A stretch of 64,000 nt of DNA from Pseudogymnoascus verrucosus (lineage: Eukaryota). Positions 1 to 11,146 of the stretch are shown here, in pieces. The notes under the pieces were generated by a model that had not been told where the DNA came from, searched no databases, and saw only the letters and a program-made list of their open reading frames with translations. Numbering within the stretch: the stretch's first letter is position 1; the number at the start of each line of letters is the position of its first letter. The stretch is taken from NCBI GenBank assembly GCA_001662655.1, contig KV460228.1. One strand, written 5' to 3'. The position numbers and the translations under genes are program-made.

Positions 1-447
1 CGCGTATTGAACAATTGTACAGGACTGTCGCGACCTCCTGTATCCGACTGGTATATCTGCCACGGACCCTCGACAGCACTGACCTTTCTTGGGATGCAGC
101 GACGGCTAACATATGGACGTAAGTACAAACCAAAATCTCAACGCCTCTAAATTCCATCGTAGTCCTAACGCGATCATAGCTTCATCGAAGGCAATCTGTT
201 TGTCATTTGCGGTTCTATACCTACAATGCATCGCTTCTTCACACATGTGTTCCCTCGCATATTCCACAAAAGGGCCTCAAAACCCAACGATGAATCGTTG
301 TCTGAGCACACGCAGGACACTCAACAACATACCCAGAACTCTCAGCAATATATCCGGGATTCTCGACTATACACCCAGGACTCTCANNNNNNNNNNNNNN
401 NNNNNNNNNNNNNNNNNNNNNNNNNNNNNNNNCGAAAACTAAGTTAG
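1..447 (+). CDS. 3' part of a PTH11-like (fungal rhodopsin-domain) membrane protein; partial, and the 3' end is uncertain because of an N gap
   Basis: Exon 23-118 reads TVATSCIRLVYLPRTLDSTDLSWDAATANIW. After a GTAAGT...CTAAC...TAG intron it continues FIEGNLFVICGSIPTMHRFF, the typical last two helices of this family. Confidence 0.75.
306..386 (+). repeat. Degenerate ~21-bp tandem repeat running into an assembly gap
   Basis: Units acaacatacccagaactctca / gcaatatatccgggattctcg / actatacacccaggactctca; they encode 7-aa repeats (QHTQNSQ-like) in the PTH11-like tail. Confidence 0.7.
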
Positions 448-1136
448 TATGAGCAGTTTCTAGAAGTCATCGACCTGCATCCCTTTCAGGTAGCGCAGGA
501 CAGCGCACACTACCCCAGGCCTCCTCTACGATAGTCATGCCAGATGGGGATATGAAGCGAGAGAGCTATCCTCCAGCCAAAGCCGTACACCTGCTTTCGG
601 AGCAATATTAACTAGAAATTATTTGGATGTCGAGCGCAGCAATCAGGGGCTTGATATTGTATTTGACGGTAATATTGAGCAAACTGGGTGCCTACATACA
701 TATGATCCAACCTGCATTGGTGTATGACTTCCTCCAAAAGTCCTTATCAGAGGACCACACAGCGCCGGGCCTCAGAAAGGGCGAGGCAATGGCTGTAGTG
801 AGTTCCAAAGACGAGTTGGAGACCCACCCCGCTTCCCCGCCAAACAGGTAGGCAGGCAACCCCCCTCGAAATATCCTTTATATAACCACCCCCCAACGCG
901 GTCCCAGATTCACTCCATTCCATACTATCCCATATCCATAATCCGTCTATATATGCCTTTGTGTTTTCCCCTCCCATAAATAATGAGTGACTTCAACGAA
1001 AAAACAAAAAAAACAGCCCCACGATAAAATAAAATTAATAAAATTGGATACACACCGCACTCCACCCACCCAACCGGCAGCCGTAAAGAACCAGAAAACA
1101 AATTTGTTGTAAAGAGAGAGACGAGACGAGAGGCGA

Positions 1137-2706
1137 TTACGCGCACTTCCCCTCCTGCCACATCTTAACAGCCTTCACAGTCATACCGCGCGCGTTGCCC
1201 TCACCCCACGTGGGGAGCCAGTCGTCGACGCGCTGGTAGAAGGCGCCTGGTGCGAGGTAGGTGGAGGCATCGACCCATGGCTTGCCGCCTACGCCGTCGC
1301 TGTTGTTTCGTTAGTTTGAATTCATCTTAAAACACACCAGCATCCTCCCCTCCAAAAAAAAGGAAGGGGGGACTAGTAAACAAAAGGTAAGAACTCACAG
1401 GAACCACCCATTCCGACTCCCCACCGCCACATTCATAACCAAATAAAACTCCTGATCAAACGGCGCCCCCCTATTCTTGCTCCCCGCCCACGGATTCGGC
1501 AATAAGGTATTATTCACAAACACATCCCCAAACTCCCCTCTATCCCAGAAATCCTTCGGCGTCCCCTTCCCGGCAATGCCGACATACAAGACCTGCTGGA
1601 GTCGGCTGTCGAGATAGGTGTACATGTAGTCGCCGGACCACTCGAAGCCGAAGGTGTGGAAGCTCTTGGAGAAATCGGTGCGGCGGATTTGGCGGCCGGC
1701 GGTGGNNNNNNNNNNNNNNNNNNNNNNNNNNNGGGGGGGGGAGAGGAGGGGACTCACCCCAGTGGATTGTGCTGGTGTAGGTGTCGCGGCCACCGAGGGG
1801 GTAGTCTGGGCTGTTACCGCGGACTTCAGCGATGTCGATTTCTCCGCTGCGAGGCCAGCCGCCGTACACGTCGTCTTGGGGAACGAGCCTGGGAGGTTAT
1901 TAGCGATGACGCACCAATGAATGTCAGCTGATTGTCTCGACTTACCAGAGCGCAGGCCAGAGCCAATCTCCCTGAGGCATCTTGGCGGTGATCTCGATCT
2001 TTCCGTATCTGATCGTCTTCTTGCCCTTGGTGTTGAGACGCGCGGAGCGAACAGGGGGGATGGTGTAGCCCAAGCTGTTGTTGCTGCGGATGACGCAGTT
2101 GAAGGGGGTGGTGGACGTGCAGGACCCGTCGGCGGTGAGGTTGACGGTGAAGCCGNNNNNNNNNNNNNNNNNNNNNNNNNNNNNNNNNNNNNNNNNNNNN
2201 NNNNNNNNNNNNNNNNNNNNNNNNNNNNNNNNNNNNNNNNNNNNNNNNNNNNNNNNNNNNNNNNNNNNNNNNNNNNNNNNNNNNNNNNNNNNNNNNNNNN
2301 NNNNGCCTGGGGGGGTATGGGGACGCACGTCATGCTTGGGAACGCTCTGGGTTGCGGCGAAGCAGATATATCCAGCCACACCGAATCCAATGACCATGAA
2401 AGCATACACAATCCAGTTGTTATATCTCGTCTTCTTCATCCGCTTGTCCTTGATCCATGGCTGTTCATATCTACGCCAGTCAGTAAATGTCCACGTCCAG
2501 CAATTCTTTCCAGCAACTTACTCGCCAGTGAGCCTGTAGCTGCGGAATTGGTGCTTCTCCTTCTCCTTCTCGCCCGAGTCTCTGTGTCGTGGTGTTGTGC
2601 CTGTGCCCTCGGAGCCGTGTCGCGAGTGCGGTGCTATCGACGAGGTCTCTGAGGCGATGGCATTGCCGTCACCGAAGGGTGAGGGTGAAGTCTTGCCGGC
2701 GGCCAT
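1137..2706 (-). CDS. Membrane-anchored GH16 beta-1,3-glucanase / glucan-binding-protein-like, multi-exon, spanning two N gaps
   Basis: Spliced reading: MAAGKTS...YEQPWIKDKRMKK, one TM helix, PPVRSARLNTKG, GDWLWPALW, WPRSGEIDIAE (ExDxxE catalytic motif), APFDQEFYLVMNVAVG, ending KAVKMWQEGKCA* at 1137. Confidence 0.9.
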
Positions 2707-5012
2707 TTCCACGACGGTGGACGTTGCCGTGTGCGTCGTTGTTTGCTGCAAGCCTCTTGTCGGTAGAGGGGATGTGGATTGGATGTTCACACGCCAAGGT
2801 TGACAAGCCTTGGTTGAACGGTGAGAGCCTTTGGGGTTGGTGAAGGTGGTGAGGTATATGACTGTTTGTAAATGTAAGTTGGAGGAAAGGCTGGCGGATG
2901 CCGGAGGAGTGCGGTGAGGCCAAGACTGGTGCAATTGCGGGAAGTAGAGATTGCTGACAGAAGGGGAAGTAAGGTACCTTGTCTAGAACTGTGGCTGAAC
3001 CTATAATTGGAGGCAATGAAAGGCGGGAGCTCAAAAATCGATAGATACTATTGCGGCTGAATCGGCCAGAGTGAGGTTGGCGTGCGATAGATAGCGCGCG
3101 CGGGCGGGCAGATTGCTGACCCCCACCTTATTTGAGTGAGGATTGGTGGTGAGTGATAAGACGGGTCGAAGTGCGCAGGCCAGGATGATGCAGGAGGAAA
3201 GATTAATTGCACAAATTGAGCGCGTGGCAATTGCGATGAAGTGGTGAACGAGTGGTGGGAGGAGTGAGTGAGAGGGGAGGAAGGACTACACGAGGGTAGT
3301 ACGGGGGATAGAGGACGACAGCAATAACAATGAGAGGAGGATGAGACAGGTGAGGTAGAAGAAGAAGACGAAGAAGAAGTACATGGAGAGAAGAAGATGG
3401 AGACAGAGCGAGACAAGAGGTCAGAAACACACCGAGAGAGACGGGAACAGACAAGAACCCTTATTTTTTCGTAGATAGGCAGACACACGTAGGTAGAGAG
3501 AGAGACAGCCCTACAGGAACAACAGGAAAGAACCACAAGGTACTATTGTGTCCAAGTAGAGGTTAAAGGTGGGACGGTCGTATTGAATATGTGTAGTGTG
3601 TAAGTAGTACCATACAAATAGATACAATAGAGTAGCCATAGATAGTATAGCTGGGATACTTTTTTTGTGCATTGACCGGGATATGCAAGGCGGCGGCGGG
3701 CGGGACTTGAGGGAAGGAGAGTAAGAGTAGAATAGTTGAGTAGGGTAGAGCAGGGTAGAGCAGGATAGAGTATAGTTGAGCATTGTAGAGCAGGCTAGAG
3801 AGAGTACTATAGGATAGTAGAGTAGACCAGACCAACTATAGGATAGCAGAGTAGACTGACAACTAACCCTAACCTTGCTATTCCCAACCTTGGCAGGTAT
3901 TCAGAAAGGTGACAAGGCCCAAAACTAAGACCAGAGTAAGACAAGACAAGTCACTCTTCCCGATCACCGACGGACGGGAGCGACGATACGATACGATAGA
4001 GTGGAGAGGGGAGAAAAGAAAATGGCAGACTAAGAGAAGGCTGAGACTGGCTAGAAAGACGAGACAATACGGAGAGAGAGAGAGATGGGTGGAGTTTATT
4101 GAGATGTGGTGGAAATAGGTTGAAATGTGGTGGAAATGGGTGGAGATGGGTTGTCGGTGCGTGGATGTGGATTAACTTGACGTGGATACCTTGGATAACA
4201 TAAACCTTGCGGATACGACGTGGCAGATGTCGCTTACTTACTTTGGCTGTTAGCTGACTTGCTTGACCTTGCTTGGGGATGGATGGGATGGCGCTATGAG
4301 TGACTTGCGACTGCCGCCAAGAATGTGAGGTGTGTCTTGTACTCTGTGAGATATCCCACGTCGATAGAAACTGTACCACCAAACCACCAAACCACCCGCC
4401 GTCGCACCACCACCACGCACCGCCACCACCCAGCAAAGCAAAGGAAAGCGAGCGAGCGAAAAACGCCATCAACATCCCGTACCTGAGCCACCTCCCCCTC
4501 TCCCTCCCCCTCCCTTTCCCACCCTCCGACTTACCCGACCGACCATCACCTCCCACCACTTCCCACCCATACCATACCTATACCCATACCACATACCACG
4601 CACTCTACCACACCCATACCCATACCCATCTCAGATCAGATCCAATCGCCACACCCGAAGGTAGATCCCTATAAATAAACCCCCTCCCAAACATCACCAC
4701 CCAACCGACAACCGTGCACCCACCACGCCAAACACCAGCTCCTCAGCACCACCATCCACCACACACCACACACCAAAACCAAACACGCACCAGCGCCAGC
4801 AGCACGGACGCTAGCAATAGTGCGGTCCAGCTAGAACGTCCAGCCCGCCAGGGACCTTGTGCCTTGCGAGAGAGACACACACGCCGGGCGGGACTGGACT
4901 TGCATCCCTCCGCTCCGTAGCGTACTGTAGCGTACCTAACTAACGATACCGCGCACGGGTCTCGATCGGGTAAGCAGACCGACCGAGTGAGGAGTGTGTA
5001 GCGAGAAGGGGG

Positions 5013-5050
5013 CTGGCTGGCTAGCTGGCTGGCTGGCTAGCTGGCTGGCT
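5013..5050. repeat. (GCTG/GCTA)n tetranucleotide microsatellite within a low-complexity intergenic region
   Basis: gctggctggctagctggctggctggctagctggctggct seen directly. Confidence 0.85.
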
Positions 5051-6374
5051 GTGTGGATGTGTGGTTGGTGGTCTGGTCTGGTCTGGTTACTGTCTGGTTT
5101 CGTCTTTCGTTGTCAAGGCTGCGGGTGTGCCGAGGTGGGTATGCCGAGGGAGTGGTGGTGGTAAGGGGAGTGGTGAGATTTGACTACAGTGCTGTGCGTG
5201 CTGTACGGGCGGTATGGTATGGTACTTACGGACTGAGAGACGGACTGAGAGAGACACAGAACAGTGCGCGCACATACGACAACAACGCAGGGAAAGTAGA
5301 ACTGGGTGGTTGGTACGGCATCCGCGCACAGTGTACTCCCGAGTCAAACCTCGCACGTAGATCCTCGTCACGCCCCGTATCGCGAAACAAGACCCATCGC
5401 TGAACACAAACAAAACCCCCCTCATCCCCAACCTCCAGCCCAGTAAAGCGCGCGGGTGCAGTCAATGCACAACGAAGATTTTTTTTTTTTGTATCGCTCA
5501 ATCGCTCAATCGCTCTACTCTCCCCTTGCCAACACGCCCCAGCGCGATTGTCCCAGCTGAACCGGGCGTGCCCAAGTGGGGACCGAGGATGCTAGTAAGG
5601 GTGCATACACGAGGCGTCCGTTGCCACGCTGGGCTGGGCTGGGTTGGTATGGGTATCCATCAGAGAGTACCCATCAGCGTACGGTACTCTATCCATCACT
5701 CCCGGGGGGGGAAGAAGAAGAAGAGGGCGATCTGGATGTTTTCTTTCCGCCGGGCGGGATCTGCGACTGCGCTAGGGGGGGGTTGTGGGTATTGGTAGTA
5801 ATGTTAGTATTGCTTACGCTGGGATAACAACGACGACATCGAAACTTCGACAGGAGGAAGGAAGGCAAGGTTGGAGTTTTCCGGTTGGAAAGGTGAGTGC
5901 ATGCTGGATTAATTGGTTTGTTCCTTTTGGGGGCGTATTTTGTGGAAATTTCGACGCGGGTTGGTATATTGGTGGGGCGGGATTGGATTGGGAGGTGGTG
6001 GTTGGGGGGTACATAATATATATATGGCTGCACGTCATCGTCAATATTGGATGGCTGCATTTCGTCCGCATGCGTATGGTGTGGCGCGTGGTGGGAGGAG
6101 AGGGTTTGTTTGGGGGAGGGGTTTGTTTACTTTACTTTATCTTTGGTGATGGCGGATATGGAGGTTCACGGCACGATGATTGATTATCAACATTGATTGA
6201 TTGAGAAGCATACCGATGCTCTATTTGGCTGATGCGACTACAAGATTGATTCATCACTATCCACATCCGCCTCTTCTCCTTCTCGTCCCCAAAATACCAC
6301 CCATATCCAGCCTGTGCATTACCCATCTCACCTCGCAGCGCGACCGATGTCGAACTGCTCCATCCATGGCTGAC

Positions 6375-6755
6375 TTTTCGAAAGTCCGAACGTACGAAAC
6401 TCTGATGGCGCGACGGTGAAATACTGCGACAATGAGAAAATCCCGATGGTCCAAGGCTCTGTTTTTTTACAATAGAGTAAAACTCCGATACTGCGGAGCT
6501 CTGATATTCCATCAGTGAGAAATTCCGATGGTCTGGAACGCTGATGTTAGGATTATTGTGAAATCCCGATAACGCGAAATTCCGCCCATCTGAAAGGTTG
6601 GTGTTGCGATAGTGCGAAGTTGCGATATTCTGAAAAGCCCGATATTGCGATACTGCGAATTTCTGATATTCCGAAAGTCTGTTCTTCCAACAGTGCGAAA
6701 CTCCGATGGTCCGAAGTCCAATATTGCGATAATTCGAAACTCTGACAGTCTGGAT
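6375..6755. repeat. Degenerate 8-bp-period tandem array, consensus about (T/C/G)T(C/G)CGA(T/A)A
   Basis: For example ttgcgata gtgcgaag ttgcgata ttctgaaa ... ttgcgata ctgcgaat ttctgata ttccgaaa ... gtgcgaaa ctccgatg gtccgaag. Confidence 0.8.
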
Positions 6756-6771
6756 CTTCCATTTCCCATGT

Positions 6772-8280
6772 TTACTCCTTCTGTTGTCCAGCGCGATCTT
6801 CCTTCTTGATCTGCTGGGTGCCACCTTCATTCTTGAGTCCACCAGTACTTTCTCCGTCCTTATCCATAGTCTTGCTTGTTCCATCAACCAGACGGAGCGC
6901 CGACATTTTGAGGCTGGCATTTTCTCTCATCAACTCCTCAATTTGTCCCACAAGACCGTCATTTCCGCCCAATTCTTCGTTTGCCCTGTTCGCTGCACGC
7001 AACTTGCCCAGTGCCTCGTTTGCTCTGTTGACTGCACGCATCTCCGATAGCTTCAGGTTGGTGTTTTCTTGCATCAACTTCTCAATTCTGTTGAGTGCCT
7101 CGTTTGCTCTTTCTACTGCACGGGACTCAGACTGTTTCAGGCTCTCGATCTCTTTCATCAGCTCCTGGTTTTGTGCGGTATCGCTTAACAATTGTGAGTT
7201 TTCTAGGTTGGGTTTGGCATTGTCTTCGTCGTCACTATCAATATTGATGACTTCTTGTCGTTGGTATGCAGAGCCGGTTTTTGTGCGTTTGTCTAAAGAA
7301 CCCGTCAATGGCGAAGCATTCTGTCTCTTCATGCCTGTAGCAGCTTTTTCTGATAGTTGCGGGGTAGTCGATGGTTTCACGGTGGCTTGCCCGGCTGCAT
7401 GAGACCCATCTTGAACAGGCGTCGTTTTGTCTACTTTATCACGAGCCGCGCTTTGATTGGGAGAGTGATTCAAAGATGATCCGGGCTTTGTAGGCGCCAC
7501 TACTTCGTCTGTCACATTGCTGCTATTTGATAAAAGGGCATCGGCTTTGGCTTTGTGTGCTGCCTTTACCTTCGCCATTACCAAAGCGGCCGGTGAGCTG
7601 GTCGATGCTAGGGAGGTAAAGGGAATCGCGCGTTGTTGGCCAGGAACCGCTGTCTTCCAGTCTCGGGATTGTCCGAAATTAAGAACTAATCTGCGCTTGC
7701 CTTGCTGAGCGGGAACCACAACCTGGTTGTTGGGGATTGATAAGCCAGCTGAGGGGCTTGATCCGGCTGGCATTTCGGATGCCAGAGATCCCGGCAATTT
7801 GGGCGATGTGAGCGATTTCAAGAATTCGGGTGGTAATGTATCGAAGTCGTACTCCTTGTAGGCACCGTTCAGCACTTTAGTAAACCACTTTCGAAATATC
7901 CTATCTTCGCATAGCACACTGAAACTTTGCCCAGTGGGAAGCTTCTGCATCGAGCTTCCACACATAATTTTGTCATCATAAGTGACCCAACAGCCCTCGT
8001 ATACTATACCGTGGCCAAAATTAAAGCACTCTAAGCGAACTTTATCGCATGTGAGGAAAACAGAGGGGGCTATGTCACTCAGTTTTTTCGTGATCCCACG
8101 AGAATTTTTGTATCCTCCCTTTGGCCGGTTGAATATGATTCCCATTGCATAGGAGGGAGAAACTTGGAACTGCTCCACGTCTGAAAAGCAGTCTGTCAGT
8201 TCCCATTTCTTGAACTGCACATAATCGACAAGTGTTGAACATGTGGAAATCGTAGCCACGGAGACGTGAGGCGCGCCCAT
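6772..8280 (-). CDS. Hypothetical protein with a low-complexity middle and a C-terminal coiled coil containing an internal duplication
   Basis: About 500-codon open frame; repeated LKxSExRAVxRANEAL and IExLMxENxxLK. A probable intron at about 8298-8349 makes the start uncertain. Confidence 0.6.
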   Translation of the reverse strand: MGAPHVSVATISTCSTLVDYVQFKKWELTDCFSDVEQFQVSPSYAMGIIFNRPKGGYKNSRGITKKLSDIAPSVFLTCDKVRLECFNFGHGIVYEGCWVTYDDKIMCGSSMQKLPTGQSFSVLCEDRIFRKWFTKVLNGAYKEYDFDTLPPEFLKSLTSPKLPGSLASEMPAGSSPSAGLSIPNNQVVVPAQQGKRRLVLNFGQSRDWKTAVPGQQRAIPFTSLASTSSPAALVMAKVKAAHKAKADALLSNSSNVTDEVVAPTKPGSSLNHSPNQSAARDKVDKTTPVQDGSHAAGQATVKPSTTPQLSEKAATGMKRQNASPLTGSLDKRTKTGSAYQRQEVINIDSDDEDNAKPNLENSQLLSDTAQNQELMKEIESLKQSESRAVERANEALNRIEKLMQENTNLKLSEMRAVNRANEALGKLRAANRANEELGGNDGLVGQIEELMRENASLKMSALRLVDGTSKTMDKDGESTGGLKNEGGTQQIKKEDRAGQQKE

Positions 8281-9193
8281 TCTGACACTGTCTGGGCTAT
8301 AATCCATTAGCGGAGAAATACTGGAGCAAAACAATGGCTGTGTTCATACCGAATAGAAACAACAGGTGGGCTTGTGATGAAGTCGAGGGCTACAGACGCT
8401 AGCTGTGCCAGGAAGATAGCTGGAGTGATGTGGTGAACAAAAGTGTGTCGATGATGGTTGAAGCTTTCACTGATACAGATGTCTGCTTGATCTCAAACCT
8501 GTATCGACGTTGATACCTTCACATGAGATCTTCTAGGTAGGATTCGGTTTGTAGGTGTTGACAGATCAAAAGAGCTTGTGTGAGTGTTGGAAGAATGAAT
8601 GTGATAGTGGAAGTGAAATGAGATCGGACCACCAGAATACTCGAGTTGGGCACAGCTTATCTTTCTTCGTCTGCTTTATCGGTATTTATAGTTTGTATAG
8701 TAAACAATGGCATTTCACGCGTACAACTGTGCATAAGTGTTAAAGGTCGATCTTCACCAGCGTTCATTCCCCATCATTTCCATGTCAGCTCGTTTGAAAT
8801 CACAAATGGTTGCATATGGCTAGGTGGAGTCGTTTTCCCTGCCATCAAGATGTCTGGAGAGAGACTGTGGATAGTGACACTATCTATATAAAAACAGGAA
8901 ATTCCATGATAGAATTCTGTGTTTGATATATACGGCCTGAGAGTCTGTGATGAACATGTCTGCACTAGAAATTTAATACCACGATTTAAATTAATAAAAA
9001 TTATTTATCATTGTTATATTTTTCAATAACTGATTACACATTGTAATTCGATTTCTATCGACGAATATCTAAATATGCCATCTCCACACTGCAGAACCAA
9101 ACATGGAATCCCTACCAACATCCCAGAACAAAGAAACATCTCTAATCATAACAGTCATATCCCACGCCCATCCAGAACCTCAATCCAAGCCCC

Positions 9194-9676
9194 CTACATC
9201 AACCCGATAGTCACATCACCCTTCACCCTCGCATATAGGTCCACTTCAACCTAGCAGCACCTCTCGTTAGTTTATTACAAAAAGCATTGGCTGGATTAAG
9301 CATACCTCGAGGTCAAGCTCAATCTTGATCTTAACCGCACTATCCTTCTCATCCTTCTTTGGTGGCCTGTCCTTGATTCTCGACTCCCGAATCACCGGCG
9401 CCCGGTACCCCATATTCTCCCTGATTTGGTCGCGCGTCAACTGGTTGTTTGCTGGGGCGCCATTGGGGACCTGCTGTTGTTGCTGTTGACGTTGGAGGGA
9501 CCTTTGGGGTTGTGCGGGGGTGGGCTGGTAGTTGTTGTCGTCGTTGTCGGATTCGTAAGTTGCTTGCTCTGTGGCCTCGCCGTCGTATTCTTGGCTGTGG
9601 GGAGGGTTAGCTCTGAGGTTTCATGCGTGGAGAGGGGGTATGGTGGAAGAGGGGTTGGGGCGTACTTGTTTGACAT
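9194..9676 (-). CDS. Small conserved fungal protein (118 aa, 3 exons) with a C-terminal KIKIELDLEVEVDLYARVKGDVTIGLM motif
   Basis: Exons 9666-9676, 9306-9594 and 9194-9250 join in frame through canonical introns. The C-terminus resembles the widespread fungal 'LRLDLNLDVEVxLKARIHGDxTLxLL' motif. Not present in the ORF track. Confidence 0.8.
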
Positions 9677-10357
9677 CGTCAACGGATGCTTGGTACTCGT
9701 ACCGGGGACTTCGTCGTCGAGATGAGAAGGGGAGAAGGGTGGCGGATGGGTATGTGAGGAAGGTGGGCTTCCGTGGGAATATTCTGTTCAACGAGAAGTC
9801 CAACGATTTCTGAATGTCTGAAGAAAGATCGAGCATCTGCTCGACGGCTCAACTTACTTATGTGGTCGATATATTTACATCGCGGGAAGTGACGTAGTGT
9901 TGCATGGTGGGGGTCAGGGTTGTCGATCAGGTTTGCGGTCTGGAAGGGCGCCACGAAACGCGGCCACAGGGATAATTGGTGGGGTTCCCCGCCTGGCGAC
10001 CCTTGCAATCAAATCACGGAGAGATATTTCTTGGTCGAGTTCATGCCTCATCATCACCGTAACAGGTTTTTTTTATCAACGGTGTGTCACGGCTCGCGGC
10101 TGGGATATTTTGAGTGGAGTCTACCAATCTACAAGTTCTGCGGATGGGCCACCTTTCTCGGCACAGGTCCAGCAAAGATTCGCGATGCAACCCGGGTTGG
10201 TAATGAAAGGCAAGTTAAGGAATATATTCATTTGATAAGTCTCTAAATATGTACATTGCTAAAGGCGTGCACTCCCTATAAATAGCACAATGATACATAC
10301 ACACGAACTAAACAGTCCATCTCCACAAATCCACAATTCTCATCTCTCCATCACCAT

Positions 10358-11146
10358 TTAACAACTTGGGAGCGAGTCAAGGAGACCCTGAGCACCCTTG
10401 CAGTTAGCAGTGGTGTCAACCTTGACTGGGTCCTCGCCGCCGTTCTTCTCAATTCCCTTGTACTCCTGGCAGACGCTCTTGACGCCAGTCCCGCACGATC
10501 CCGAGATGGTGGCCACATCGCCGTAGTTGCTGTTGATGCCGACCAGATCGGCCTTGACGCCGTTGGCCTTGATGTTCTGGACGATAACGTTACGTGGGCC
10601 GCCGTTGTTGCTGCAGTTTCCGCATGAGCGGAAGAGCTTGCCTACGTTGACAACGGTGTAGTCCTTGATGGTGCATGTGCCCCTTCCGTTGCTCTGGACG
10701 ACCTTGTCTACGGCCTCCTGGGCACCACCGCCCTCGATGAGAACGTCACCGTCACCCTTCAGAGTGATGGCATCTGGTGTGGCGTTAGACAAATAAAACG
10801 GAGGGTATCAGGAAAACCTACCCTCGCACACATCTCTGAACCAGACGTTCTTCAGCGTGCAGGCACCCTCGCAGTGGACACCCTCGAGAGAGTCGCCTCC
10901 AATAATGACGTTGCTCAGGGTTGCGCCGTCTTTGAGGATGAAGACGGCGTTCTCAGATCCGGTGTCCTCATCAGAGTCGCAGGGCTGTCCACGGTCGAAC
11001 TCCTTGTTGGCGTAGTCATTGACGCCGGAGATGGTGCTGGGCTGTGGGAGGGATGTGATGTCGCCCGAGCGGGTGGGGATGTTGAGGGTCTGCGCAGCGG
11101 CAAGGGTGGCCAGGGCGGCGGCAATCGTGGCGGTTTGGAAATGCAT
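10358..11146 (-). CDS. Secreted pectate lyase, family PL3
   Basis: Signal peptide; NVIIG..EGVHC...[15 protein letters not shown] joined across one intron; DKVVQxN and [10 protein letters not shown] motifs. Confidence 0.95.

Noticed and set aside
3863..3874. CTAACCCTAACC, resembling a telomerase RNA template or telomeric repeat
   Set aside because: Only two units in low-complexity sequence; no pseudoknot or CR4/5-like element could be recognised.
3048..6183. Many 60-200 aa ORFs on both strands
   Set aside because: Low-complexity, microsatellite-derived translations without domains or coherent exon structure.
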